Assembly: GCF_009914755.1 (NCBI RefSeq)
Contig: NC_060941.1
Length of the DNA stretch: 64,000 nucleotides
Direction: 5' to 3' (one strand)
Source: the human T2T-CHM13v2.0 reference genome, Homo sapiens
The notes below the pieces were generated by a model, which worked only from the letters and a program-made list of their open reading frames with translations, did not search any database and had not been told where the DNA came from. Shown here one piece after another: positions 1 to 11,965 of the stretch. A program made the position numbers and the translations under genes. How positions within the stretch are numbered: the first letter of the stretch is position 1; every line of letters begins with the position of its first letter.

Positions 1-825
1 TACTTCAAAACATCATGTTTCCTAAATCCCTACGTAAGCACCACCAATCTGATGTAGATACCGGCACCATCATTCTTGGAGGCAGAAGCATGGACAAACT
101 GACTTACGTCCTTGGTCATGGAATTCAACCTTGGCCACAGTTTTATGTACACTGACCTTCTCTGTCCCAGACCTCTTTGTTAATCCACTATAATTAAGCA
201 GCCACAAATGCTGCATAAAGAGCCAGTTACTACCATAAACACAAGATCAGGAGTTATTCTCTGTTACCTGTACATAAATGTTCCCACTTAATGTGTAACA
301 GTACCTATTCCATGATTGAATGGACTCTAGGTTTATGGCAGTAGCTGTTGCGTGCTGTAGCCTGTGGTTTTATGGCCCTAATTCCATAATAAGCCTTAGT
401 TTTAATTTTTCTCCTTCTACCCTGTAGCCAGAGTCTCCTGGGTGTGGGGGAAGGGAGAGGGCTTCTGCCCAATGGCTCTAGGCAACCTGTCACAGAAAAA
501 AATCTTCGCTAGAGCCAAATCAACCCACCTGCTCCTCCATCAAAGAAGAAGGTCACCTACCCCGTGGGGAGGAGGCCTGAACAGCCCAGATGCCCTCCAT
601 GTCAGAGGTCTGAGCTTTGAAAGTGGCAAATTTGTCCTGTAAATGTGCCAGGGCAGTGCCAGCTGTTCACTGCCCCAGGAGATGTCGTAGCTGGGGCAAA
701 GGGAAGGAAGGAGTCAGGAAAACAGGCCAGGATTAGGAGGTCTGCCAGTTGGAGGACCTGAACCTAGCCATAGGGCACAGCATCATTAAGCAGGAACCAA
801 GGGAAGGGGGTGTGCCACAAGCTCC

Positions 826-846
826 ATCGCTGTCCATGGTGCTGAC
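826..846 (-). promoter_or_regulatory. REST/NRSF binding site (RE1/NRSE)
   Basis: Minus strand reads GTCAGCACCATGGACAGCGAT versus consensus TTCAGCACCnnGGACAGCGCC; both half-sites intact with the 2-bp spacer. Confidence 0.8.
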
Positions 847-850
847 TCAT
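840..850 (-). promoter_or_regulatory. CNC-sMAF / ARE (NFE2/NRF2/BACH) site with AP-1 core
   Basis: TGCTGACTCAT (minus strand ATGAGTCAGCA) matches ATGA(C/G)TCAGCA. Confidence 0.55.
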
Positions 851-1569
851 GCTTGCAAACTAGGTCCTGATTGTTTCTCCGAACCCTAGGATTCTGGAGA
901 ATCCTGTCCAACCTTCTTTTGATTATATTTCCTTTTCTGATGACAGTTTAGCATTTTTACACTGCTGCAGAATAAGCAGAATCATGACATGTGTTTCGCA
1001 ATTGATGCAATTGGTTTCAAGTAATGTTTACAGTTCTATCATATTTCCAACATTTACAAGAAAGTTCCCTTGGGCATTTTAGGTGATCCTCTCCCTAAAA
1101 CACCATTGCTATTCACATAATCTCAGCACACAGTGTAGAGGTGACAAGTGGAAAGAGGATAGCACCAGCAGGAGCTACTAGGTGAGTAAAGTTGATCCCA
1201 GCAGGACGCCTCCCCACCTGCAAATTTACTATTCTAGGGAGCCACCAAACAACCCTTGTGGAGCACAACATGTTGTTTGAACCATTCTAATTTTGTAAAG
1301 TCACTTAGCATGACAAAAACTCTTCCAAGAGACATATTTAAGAAGTAGGTGGCAAGAATAAAAAGGGAGAATCTCCATCCCAGCTCCACTCTCCAGAGAA
1401 GAAAAAGTAATGGACATACCCTAAGAAGAAATCTGGTATTTTACCTGCTATAACAAAGACAGGGGCTGCAGATGAGGAAAAACAGGAAATTTGGAAGAAC
1501 TCAATATGAGATTATTTTAGGCCCATTTTCTTTCTACTCCTGGACCTGTATGCATTTTGGAGTGGGAGA

Positions 1570-2167
1570 AGTATAGGTCTCTTGTTACCTGGTGAGTCTG
1601 GGCCAAGCATTTAATCTCTCTGTACCTCTGCTTCTGTATCTATCAAGCTGATAACAACAATAATCCTTTGCTATGGTTTGAATGTTTTTGTCCTCTTCCA
1701 AAATTCATGTGTTGGAATCTCAATCCCCAATGCAATAGTGTTGGGAGGTGAAGCGTGTTGGGAGATGCTTAGGTTATGATAGCTCTGCCCTCATGAATGG
1801 ATTAATGCCCTTAGAAAAGGGGTTGACAAAGGAAATTATCTCACTCTCTTTTTCCCTCCAACCTTCTGTTATGTGGGCACACAGTATTCCTCCCCTCCAG
1901 ATGATGCAGCATTCAAGATACGTTCTTGGAAGCAGAGAGCAGATACTCATTAAACACTGAACCTGCCAATGCCTTGTTCTTGGACTTCCCAGCCTCCAGA
2001 ACTGTAAGAAATATATTTATGTTCCATATGGATCACCCAATCCATGGTATTTTATTATGGCAGCACAAAGAAATTAAGACATCTTTCTTCACAGGGATCT
2101 TAGGAGGACTAAATGAAATAATAAACGTAAAACACCCAAAGCATGGTGAAGACTCAATAGATGATAG
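1570..2167 (+). mobile_element. MIR SINE split by an MST LTR (arms ~1570-1668 and ~2082-2167)
   Basis: MIR core 'ggccaagcatttaatctctctgtacctctgcttc' resumes after the LTR as 'cacagggatcttaggaggactaaatgaaataa'. Confidence 0.65.
1669..2081 (+). mobile_element. MST-family (ERVL-MaLR) solo LTR
   Basis: Starts TGCTATGGTTTGAATG, contains 'ctctgccctcatgaatggattaatg', ends TAAGACA; 5-bp TSD TCCTT/TCTTT. Confidence 0.85.
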
Positions 2168-2364
2168 ATTCTCCTCTACCCTCCCTTCTGTATCTTATTT
2201 TTCTCAAATATTCAATGAGACTTTGAACACCACCTCGGAAATCCAAGAAGGCAAAACCCACTTGAACTTCAGGTTACCGAAGCTCAACCCCCTTGCCTGC
2301 TCTAAATCCAGGAATAGAGGGGAAAGGTAAGACTTTTCAGGTCAATTCTCTTGTTAAGATATCT

Positions 2365-2654
2365 GGCCAGGTGTGGTGGCACATGCTTGTAAACCCAGAA
2401 CTCTGGGAGGCTGAGGCAGGTGTATCACTCAAGCCCAGAAGTTCAAGGCCAGCCTAGGTAACATAGTGAACCTCTGTCTCTATGAAAAATACAAAAAATA
2501 GCCAGGTGTGGTGGCATGAGCCTGTGGCCCCAGATAAGGAGTCTGAGGTAGGAGTATCACCTAAGCCCAGGGAAGTCAAGACTGCAGTGAACTATGATTG
2601 CACCACTGGACTCCAGTCTGAGTGACAGAGTAAGACTCTGTATTTTTTTAAAAA
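2365..2654 (+). mobile_element. Alu (AluJ-like)
   Basis: Dimeric Alu; TSD AAGATATCT at 2356-2364 and 2655-2663. Confidence 0.95.
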
Positions 2655-3054
2655 AAGATATCTGAGGGAAACCTTGAGGTCATGGAGATCAGCTGGTGAT
2701 AAGAGGACCATTGCCAGCCCCATGGAATCACACTCACACTCATCCCATAAAGAAGAAGGAGGAGCATATGACTAAATAACTTGCTCCCTGTCTTCTCCAG
2801 TTCCCCACAATTCCTCTTCATGACCCCTCTGTCATAGACACAGGAAATTTTGGGAAAACAGGCATCAATGGCAGTCCTGATCAGTGCAACCAGGGAGTAA
2901 ATATCACAATAAAGTGATAGGACTGGACTAAATGTCCTCTAATCTCCTTTAGTCATGATCCTACTATATGTATATTCCGACTTGCACAAGCTGCTTGGAG
3001 GCAGAATTTCCATCTTAGATTTTGGCTATGTCACCCACAGCTCTGATTATAGAC

Positions 3055-3160
3055 TTACCACATGCATGCACGAAATTTCAAAACATCATGTGGTTTACCA
3101 TAAATATATGCAACTTTTACTTGTCAATTTAAAAATAAATAAAGTTAAAATTTTAAAAAC
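3055..3160 (+). mobile_element. L1M(A/B) 3' terminal fragment
   Basis: 'aaaacatcatgtggtttaccataaatatatgcaacttttacttgtcaatttaaaaataaataaa' resembles an L1MA 3' end. Confidence 0.6.
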
Positions 3161-3245
3161 CATGACAACTGACAAATGGGGGGAAAAAAGTGCAACTGTA
3201 ATTCGGCCAGATCTAATATGGTTGATTCTCTCTGGGCCCAAGCTC

Positions 3246-3266
3246 TTCAGAACCGTGGACAGCTCC
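3246..3266 (+). promoter_or_regulatory. Second REST/RE1 site
   Basis: TTCAGAACCGTGGACAGCTCC; one core mismatch (C6>A) to TTCAGCACCnnGGACAGC(G/T)CC. Confidence 0.6.
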
Positions 3267-3319
3267 TGACAGCCGGGAGAAGGGGAAAGTGGTTGAGCAG
3301 AATGGCAGAAAAACAAAAA

Positions 3320-3440
3320 CTAGAATGTCAGAAACTGGAAAAGACCTGAGAGGTTTTCTAAATCCAATCATTTATTTTGAAGATAGAAAACTGGGGCCCA
3401 GAGAAGGGGAAAGAATTATTCTGGAGTCATGCAGTGACCA
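3320..3440 (-). mobile_element. MIR3/MIR fragment
   Basis: 'tagaatgtcagaaactggaaaagacctgagag...gaaaactggggcccagagaagg'. Confidence 0.65.
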
Positions 3441-3652
3441 GTTGGGTTCACTCATTTTCTCATAACTCAAGAAAGTGCAAAAGCAACTTCAACTCTTTAG
3501 AGTGAGACATAATATTTACATATTTGTTCCCAATTTGAGTGTTTCTGTCCCAAAAGACAAAGAACAGAACAAGAGAATCTGTCTCAAGATTTCCTTGTTA
3601 CATTCTCTGTTGAACAAATTTAGAATAAGAGCTCCTTTCTTAGGCATGGAAT

Positions 3653-3727
3653 CACACACACACACAGAAACACACACACACAGACACATACAGACACACA
3701 CACACACACACACATACACACCACACT
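3653..3727. repeat. Interrupted (CA)n microsatellite
   Basis: Direct read. Confidence 0.95.
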
Positions 3728-4706
3728 TTTCCCAACTATGATCTCCTTTATTACTGTGCTCCTGGAGCGTGAGGGGCTTGACTCACCTCTCTCCAAGACA
3801 AAGGCCACCTGAGTTTAGGGACCACCCTCTTCCCTGTAGGATCCAGTTGAATACTCTTTTTTAGTCATCTTTCTGCATCGAACTTTATATTCAGCTCCCC
3901 TAACTCATTTGGACCAGCACCCCACCAACAGAAACCAGAATAATATCTGCCCCACCAGCCCAAGAATTCCATAAGGGAGATAGCCACAATATCTTGCCAG
4001 GTTGGTGCTCCTTCTTACTGGGAGCCACACTTCCCTCATCAGGTTCACACTTCCCATAAGATGAGAATGGGGTCTCTTCCAGCAGGCAGAGCCCTGTCTC
4101 TTCCTCTCACTCCACAATACTTGGGATGATAGCTCAGAAAAATGGGGCAATTATAAAAAAATTATACTGAGGCCAGGAGTCTTTTCAGGAACCAGACACC
4201 TTCCTTAAAGCGTGAAGAAAGTGCAGCATCTAGGAATCTGAAATCTCTCTCACTACATTTTTACAAGTTCACATCCTACCTCCCACCCTCCTCATCTCAG
4301 CTTCAGAAACCTCTCCATTATTCAGTGTCTCCAAAAGCAGGAAAATGTCTGGGAACTTTGGTGCTAAGCTGCTAATTGGAGTCTGTGGCTTGAAGGGAGG
4401 GGGCAAGGAAACAGAAGTTATTGTGCCCCAGAAACACAATTATTCAGATTTCCTTGCTTGCTGGAATCCTGAGGCTGGACTGTCCCTTTACTCCCCTCAT
4501 GAAGGCAGTCACTTCTCTGCAGAGCCAGAACCAATAGCCAAAGTATGCAAGGTGCCTGAAGGTGGCAATGGCACAGCCTTGAAAGGCAGAAAGTCTCCTC
4601 CCTAGTTCACTGATAACAAAGATCAGGCTGAATGCCTTGATGTCTTTCCAAGCCATTCAGGCTTCTCAACTTTGGGTTTGGGAAGGTCTCCAAACTCTCA
4701 ACTCTT

Positions 4707-5554
4707 TTTTTTCTTCAACTTTAAAGTTCTGAAGTACATGTGCAGGATGTGCGGGTTTGTTACATAGGTAAATGTGTGCCATGGTTTGCTGCACAGATCA
4801 TCCCATCACCTAGGTATTAAGCCCAGCATCCATTAGCTATTCTTCCTGATGATCTTCCTCCCCTTGACCCTCTGACAGGCCCCACTGTGTGTTGTATTCC
4901 CCCATGTGTCCATGTGTTCTCATTGTTCAGCTCCCACTTATGAGAACATGCGGTGTTTGGTTTTCTGTTCCAGTGTTAGTTTGCTGAGGATAATGGCTTC
5001 CAGCTCCATCCATGTCCCTGCAAAGGACATAATAATCTCATTCCTTTTTATAACTGCATAGTATTCCATGGTGTGTGTGTACCACATTTTCTTTATCCAG
5101 TCTATCATTGATGGACACTTGGGTTGATTCCATGTCTTTGCTATTGTGAATAGTGCTACAATGAATATGTGTGTGCATGTATCTTTATAATAGAATGATT
5201 TATATTCCTTTGGGTATATATCCAGTAATGGGATTGCTGGGTCTAGTTAGATTTCTGCTTATAGATCTTTGAGAAATCAACACACTGTCTTCCACAATGG
5301 TTGAACTAATTGACACTCCCACTAACAGTGTAAAAGCATTCCTTTTGCTTGGCAACCTCACCAGTATCTGTTGTTTCTTGACTTTTTAATAATAGCCATT
5401 CTGACTGGTATGAGATGGTATCTCATAGTGGTTTTGATTTGCATTTCTCTGATGATCAGTGATATTGAGCTTTTTTTCATATGTTTGTTGGCCGCATGAA
5501 TGTCTTCTTTTGAGAAGTCTGTTCATGTCCTTTGCCCACTTTTTAATGGGGTTG
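4707..5554 (-). mobile_element. 5'-truncated L1PA (about PA8-PA11), 3' UTR and ORF2 end
   Basis: T-tail followed by 'gtacatgtgcaggatgtgcgggtttgttacataggtaaa'; degenerate TSD AACTCTCAACTCTT/AACACTCACGTCTT. Confidence 0.9.
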
Positions 5555-5589
5555 AACACTCACGTCTTAAGCATGGAAAGCCAGTACTA

Positions 5590-5665
5590 AAAGGGACTTT
5601 AGAAATCATCTCGTTTCATCTTCTTATTTTACAGATGGGTAAATATAGGCTCAGAGGGATTCACA
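5590..5665 (-). mobile_element. MIR3 fragment
   Basis: 'aagggactttagaaatcatct...ttattttacagatgg'. Confidence 0.55.
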
Positions 5666-5724
5666 AAGCAATTTAGCATTGATGTTCGTCTCTGAAACTC
5701 AGAACTCCCCACCCTGGTCAGGAA

Positions 5725-5925
5725 AGTGGCACCGTCGTAAAGTAGAAAGGGCTCTGAAATCAGACACGACTGGTGTCCAAATATTGACCCTGCCACCTGA
5801 AATGCTCTGTGTTCTTGGCAAAGTCACTTAACCTCTCTGGACCTGTTTCCTCAGTGTTTAAAATGGGGGTGAGGATAGGCTATTGTGAGGATTTAATGAG
5901 ATAACATGTGTGGAAGTGCATCATA
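5725..5925 (+). mobile_element. MIR
   Basis: 'ttggcaaagtcacttaacctctctggacctgtttcctc...gtgaggatttaatgagataac'. Confidence 0.8.
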
Positions 5926-6689
5926 TGTAACAGATGGTCAAAGGAGTGAATTTTTTCCCCCACTCTGATTCCTCTCAGCAGCAGTCTATCTGCAGCTCCT
6001 TCTTGACCTTCCCCAGCTCTTTTGTTTTCCCCCACAGCCTGTGCTCCTCAGCACTCTCTTTTCCTGCCCCATCTATATGCCCAACTCCCCTCCAGAGTGG
6101 GTGAGGAAGGAGGGGTTAATAACAAGAGTTCTTGGGTCCCCTCCAGGTCTCTGAAAGTTAGCAAAGTTCTCATGCAACCAAGCAGAGGCAGGGAACAGAG
6201 CGAGAGTAGGAGGAGACAGGCAAGGTCGGCAAGCTGGCCTCTTTGTTCCTGGAAAATGAGTGCAATTTCCATTCCTTTCCACGGAAGCTGAGTCCAGCAC
6301 CAGTGTGTGGCAACAGGCAGCAGAGGTGTTGCCGTGGTGAGTAATGGTCCTGGCTATGGCTCTGCCCTCAGCTTGTACCTCATGCCCCAAAGACGAACTT
6401 AGGGCTAATGAGTCAGTGTGAGTGACAGCTTTGACTTGGCCCTGGCTGGCACAACAGTCCCTCAAAACCCCTGCACTATTTCTGTTCTCTAGGGAGCCCT
6501 CCAAACCCCATCTCCGGAGATGTTGCTGGTGCTCATTTGATTCACTGCACTGGAGGAGATGGAGGCCCAGAGAGGGGAAGCTCCTCTCTCCTGCAGAAGC
6601 TGTGAGCTTTCTGACACTCTCCAGGGCCCTGTCAGCAGCCCACACAATTACCTGCAGAAGACAGAATTAAACCTCAGACACAGCTGACT

Positions 6690-6850
6690 TAAGTGTCAGC
6701 TTGCTAGCTATGTGGCCTTAGGTAAATTACCTAACCTCAATGTTCCTGCCTGTAAAAGTGTTAATGGTAGTATCTATGCGTCGTTAAAGGATGAAATGGG
6801 TCAGGGCATTTAAAGCACTGTGCACAGTGCCTAGAACAGAGTAGGCACTT
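6690..6850 (+). mobile_element. MIR
   Basis: 'ctagctatgtggccttaggtaaattacctaacctc...cacagtgcctagaacagagtaggcac'. Confidence 0.75.
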
Positions 6851-7589
6851 TTCATGCATGATTCTCCCTCTTGTACTCATTCACAGACCCTTTCCATCTT
6901 TCTCCTCTCCACCTGCTTCTCCAAACATTGTCAGGGAGGCAAAAATATCCAAGATGAGACTCACAGTAAATGTGTTCTCCAGCCTCTAAAGGAAATTAAA
7001 AGCCAGAAACCAGGGAAATCATGTTTTTAGGAGAGGCCCAGGGGTTCCCCAAGCCTGGGTTCCCATGACAGGGTAAGAGAAGCTCCTGCTGGATCATGTC
7101 CTGATCTTTACCCTGAGCATCATTCGATGGGAGAAGAAACACAGGACAACATGTTAAATCTTATATCTGTCACTTTCTCTGACCGCCAGGCCCTTGGAGG
7201 GGACACTGAGCTCTGTGGTCTACAAGAGTGGCCTGCAGGGGCCTGGGGTAAATAATGTCCACTTGCAGGCCAGAGAAGGATTTGATTGAGAGGAGCATAG
7301 AGGAGGGCCCTGTGGGACAGGGAGGAAGCCTCTTTCAGATCCTCTCCCTGACCGCATTCACACACACAGGTGCATGCACCTGCCTGCTTGGAGGCACATC
7401 ATAAGCTGCAAGCCTGACATGCATGTTTTTTTTCCCAGGTAAGTAGGTGGGTGTGCACAGGCGGGCCTCCTCACCTGTGTCCAGTGCTTGCAGGAGGGGC
7501 TGCATGTCCCATCTGAGTCTTAGTCCCACCCAGAGAGGACCTTCAGAAGCCTGGGTCTCATCCCCCAGCCCACTGGCGGATGGCAGATC

Positions 7590-7985
7590 TAAAAAGGCCC
7601 AGAGGTGTAAGGTGGCCTATCAATGTCACCCAGGCTGGAAGTGGCAGAGGTGTGGCTCAAATCCATGTTTTCTGACTCCAAAGCTAGTGTTCTTTCCACC
7701 GAAGCATGCCCACAGTGCACACACGCATACCCACACACACTCTCACTGGCAAGTGAGCACACACGCATCTAGCAGAGGGCTCACTGTCACCAGCCCATTA
7801 TATAGGGCTGCATTTATCAGGTTGAACCCTTCTAACACCTGTAGGAGGTTAAGTATGTATTATCCCTATTTTTTCGGGTAAGGAAACCGAGGCACAGAGA
7901 AGTTAAGTCACTAGTCCAAGGACACATAATTAGAGCCCAAATGTGAATTTTGAGCAGTCTGGCATCAGAACTTCTTAACTGCCAT
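7590..7985 (-). mobile_element. Two MIR fragments (~7590-7700 and ~7790-7985)
   Basis: 'aaggaaaccgaggcacagagaagttaagtcactagtccaaggacaca'. Confidence 0.65.
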
Positions 7986-8359
7986 TATCTCCGCTATACT
8001 GCTATATCTGTGCACGAGTGCTCACACACTTACATTCATATACACACTCACATACTCACACATTGGTCTTGGGTGATCTGGGCGCTCACCCCTGATGCAG
8101 CAATGATGCCAAGACCAGAGAGAGGAAGCTGGCTCCGGCCTTAGGGTGGACCTCCTTCCTGGAGAAAACAGAAACATCTCTCCCAACTCTTTCTCTCCCC
8201 TTGCCCTGCCCCAGCACCTGCATGAGAAGAAAAAAACATCCACCATTCCCTTCCTCATTCCAACCCCATCTCTCTAAGCCCCCATCTGCTTGGTTCCCCA
8301 AGGGCTTCCGGTTGCATTGCAAAGATGTCCTGGCAGTAGGGAGGCAAGAACAGAATGAA

Positions 8360-8625
8360 ATATATGTAACATCTTATTAGTAAAGGACATCTGAGCCTCT
8401 AATTAAAATTTGCCTAATGACCCAACTTCTCTGTCATTTTTGCTCTTAGAGAGATTAATTTAAGGTGACAGGTACTTAGGCAAAGGAAAATTAATTTTTC
8501 CTTTAAAAAATCAAAGAGGAAAAGAGTGGCCTGCTCCCTTATTTGTTTGTCTTTAAAATGTTTATTTATTTGTCAAATTCCCTCCCACTCTTTCCCAATA
8601 AAACCTAATGATGGAGAATAATTTG
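8360..8625. promoter_or_regulatory. Candidate enhancer (homeodomain/TALE motif island)
   Basis: Repeat-free AT-rich island with several TAAT/TAATTA, TGACAG and TGTCA motifs and a 23-bp imperfect palindrome. Confidence 0.35.
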
Positions 8626-9207
8626 GTGAAGGGAAGGAGACTGAAAGAAAAGTGTCATGGGGTAGCCTGGTGGTACCCACTTGCCCTGAGGAGGGCTGTT
8701 TGTGGTTCCCCTGCTTAGGAGCCCCTGACTGCTCATTGACAAGCCTGCCGGCAAGCTGGCTAATGCTGCTCAGGTTCTAGGGGAACCTGTTTCCATCTAG
8801 GCTGTTTGACTTGGCTGTGCCAGTGGTATCTGTTTCTCTATGGAACAGATGGTGGTACCTCTCCCCCAACACCGGGCTGCAGCCCAGCTTTCCGCCTCAG
8901 CATATTTCCCCAAGCAACAGGCTGCAGCCTTGAACACACTCTGCTTTCAGGAAACAGGTGAGAAATTCGAGGGTTGCAGCTGTGGTCTTTCTGTGTGACT
9001 CCCCTCCCTGTCTTCTGTCCTCCCGACTCCTCTGGTCTCTGAGTACAGAGGAGAGGGCCATCCTGACAAGGAGACAGGGGCGTGGACTTCAAGATATTCC
9101 AATCTCAGAGTTCAGATCCTGCAAAAACCTATTGGGATGGGTCTAGAGATTACAGAAACATGTCCTTAGCATTCCCCCTCACAACCTTTTTCAAAAATAG
9201 TATTCCT

Positions 9208-9635
<428 letters not shown>

Positions 9636-10269
9636 TCACCCTGACCCAACCTGCTCCACTCCACTTCCTAAGGCCTTTCTGCTGCTCTTTCCTCATTCTT
9701 CAGGATATTAGCTTTGAATCAGGTGTTTCCAGTAGACTAAGAGTTGGAGAAGACAGGCAGGAGGAGAGGGAGAGAGGTGAAGAAGGAAGAGGAATCCTTT
9801 TTTCTAGAGACCTAAGTCCTGCTCCTAACCCCTCTCTCTCTTTATCTCCATTTCCCTCTCCAGCAGCATGACTGATGCTGGGAAATCTGTCAGGTTTTGC
9901 TTCCTGGGGAGCCAAGGGAGGCTTTTCTAGCAATTAGGCCAAGGCCTCTAATCCAAGAAAGCTCTAAACACCCGGCAAGCAATAACTCGGTCCACTGGGC
10001 CCTGTAGGGAGGACAGGAGGAGCAAGAGAGGTGTACTTAGGGTTCCTCTCCATCACCTGGCCACAGGGCTGGGGCCAACCCACAGGAAGGGGCTGCTGAG
10101 AAGGTGAGCATGGGTGGAGACCACTGTGGGGATAGATAACTCAAAAGCGCATCCATCCACAGGCTCAGTTCAGCCCCTGCCAGGCCACCTACACTGCAGT
10201 TCCCCCATCACACAAGAGCCAGAAAGGGAAATCAGTGGTGAGGCTGTGGGCAGGAAGAAGGCATGTATG

Positions 10270-10440
10270 CAGGGCAGGGTGAGGAAAGTGGGATTTGGAG
10301 TCAAAAGGACCCGTGTCTGAGCTCCACTTTCACCTTCCCATGTGCTCTTGAGCATGTCACTCCACTCATCTGAGCTTCACTGGCCTGCTAAGTAAAATGG
10401 AGATGATAGTAACACCATCCACTCAAGAGGATCCCTGGGA
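10270..10440 (+). mobile_element. MIR
   Basis: 'gatttggagtcaaaaggacc...ttgagcatgtcactccactcatctgagcttca...gtaaaatggagatgatag'. Confidence 0.6.
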
Positions 10441-10944
10441 GGGACGGAAGAGCTGGTGGATGGCAGGTGACAAAGGACCCCTCCTCTACATCTGCCCACA
10501 GCCCCACCCTCCACCCACTGGCTGGGGAGAGCTGCAATTTCTCTAATGCACGGAGGGAAAAGACGGGCCAAGGTTTTAAAGATGCCTGTTCATCTCACTT
10601 TGCATATATTTGCATATTGAGTTCAAGAGGCTCATCCTAATTCTGAGGATGGAAAATAAAATAAATTAACAAATACGAGATTAACAGATGCAACTCCTGC
10701 AGCAATTGTCTCCTTGGCTGTTCTGGGCTTGACACCCTGGAGACAAAGAATGCTCTCAAGGCAATCAACTTTTAATCATCTCTGGACAGAAGCCCCAGAC
10801 AGAGGGACCCTGTCCCTCCCACCCCCACTCAGAGGTCAGTGCTGAAGGATGTAGAGGAGAGGGGCCTTGGAGAGTGGAGGGCTAGGGCCAGACTCTGTGG
10901 CAGGCAGTGACCCTTGATTTGCTCCTTTATGAACTTGCAGTGCA

Positions 10945-11195
10945 AGGTGTGGTGGAAAAGAGCATGGCCTCAGGGCCACACTGCCCAGGTCTGAATCCTG
11001 GCTGCGCCATGTCCAGCTCTGTGCCCTTGGGCAAGTCACCTAACCTCTCTGTTCTTGGGTGGCCTCCTGAGTCAAATGAGAATAATAGTAACACCTACCC
11101 CATAGGGTTAGTGTGAGGATTGAATGAGTTGTGTTACAGCTGTGTTCAGCATATTGTAAATGCCTGGTAAGTACTGACTAGTATTACTATTTTTA
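10945..11195 (+). mobile_element. MIR (near full length)
   Basis: 'gtgcccttgggcaagtcacctaacctctct...gtgtgaggattgaatgagtt'. Confidence 0.85.
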
Positions 11196-11859
11196 TCATC
11201 ACTATCACCGTTGTTGTCATCATCATGGTTTATTATTATTATTATGTGATAGAAAATGCCTATAGGACCAGGAACCAGAGACGCAATTTTTATTTTCATC
11301 CCAGTCTTCATCCACTGTGTGGCTTTGGGGAAAATTCCCCCACCCCTTTGGCCTTTGTACTCCAACAGGGCTGGCCCAGGCACCCTTCAAGCCATGACAA
11401 ACAGATCAGGCAGAGTGAGATTTCTGCTTGTTTCAAGGCTGCCTGAAAACAGACTTTGAGGCTGATTGTCATATGCAAAACATATGTAAAACATATGCAA
11501 ATCACCCTCTCCATGGCATTCCTGAGCTCCTATACATGGGTAAGGCCCTTGGAGCCATCCCTGTGTAGCCCCTGAGAGCAGAGACACTGCCCAGCCACAG
11601 AGGCAACTGCACCCCTCAGCTCCCCTCAGCCAGCTTTCTTTGGGATCCTGAGAAAAGCTCAGTCTCCTTGCTTCCACCCCTTTTTCATCCTGCCCCCACC
11701 CCGGCACCTGCCCATCTGCCTTGACTGCTCTGAGACTCCCTCACCATCTCTGGAGGACTGAGGGTCAGGGTCCAATTCTACTTCCATGTACATCTGCCTT
11801 GCACTGGGCCTGTCACCCATTGTATCACATTTCTCCCTCACTGCTGTGAAGGTGTCAGG

Positions 11860-11965
11860 ATCCCCATTTTACAGACGGGGAGATTGAGGCTTAGAATGAG
11901 GCAACTTGTAAGATGTCAACTGCTAGAAGAGTGAATCCGGACCCAGGAGACCCACTCCACCAGGC
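11860..11965 (-). mobile_element. MIR fragment
   Basis: 'ccccattttacagacggggagattgaggcttaga'. Confidence 0.65.

Noticed and set aside
400-427. Good-looking 3' splice acceptor (tttttctccttctaccctgtag)
   Set aside because: No supportable downstream donor or coding frame; such signals are common. A lncRNA exon cannot be excluded without RNA data.
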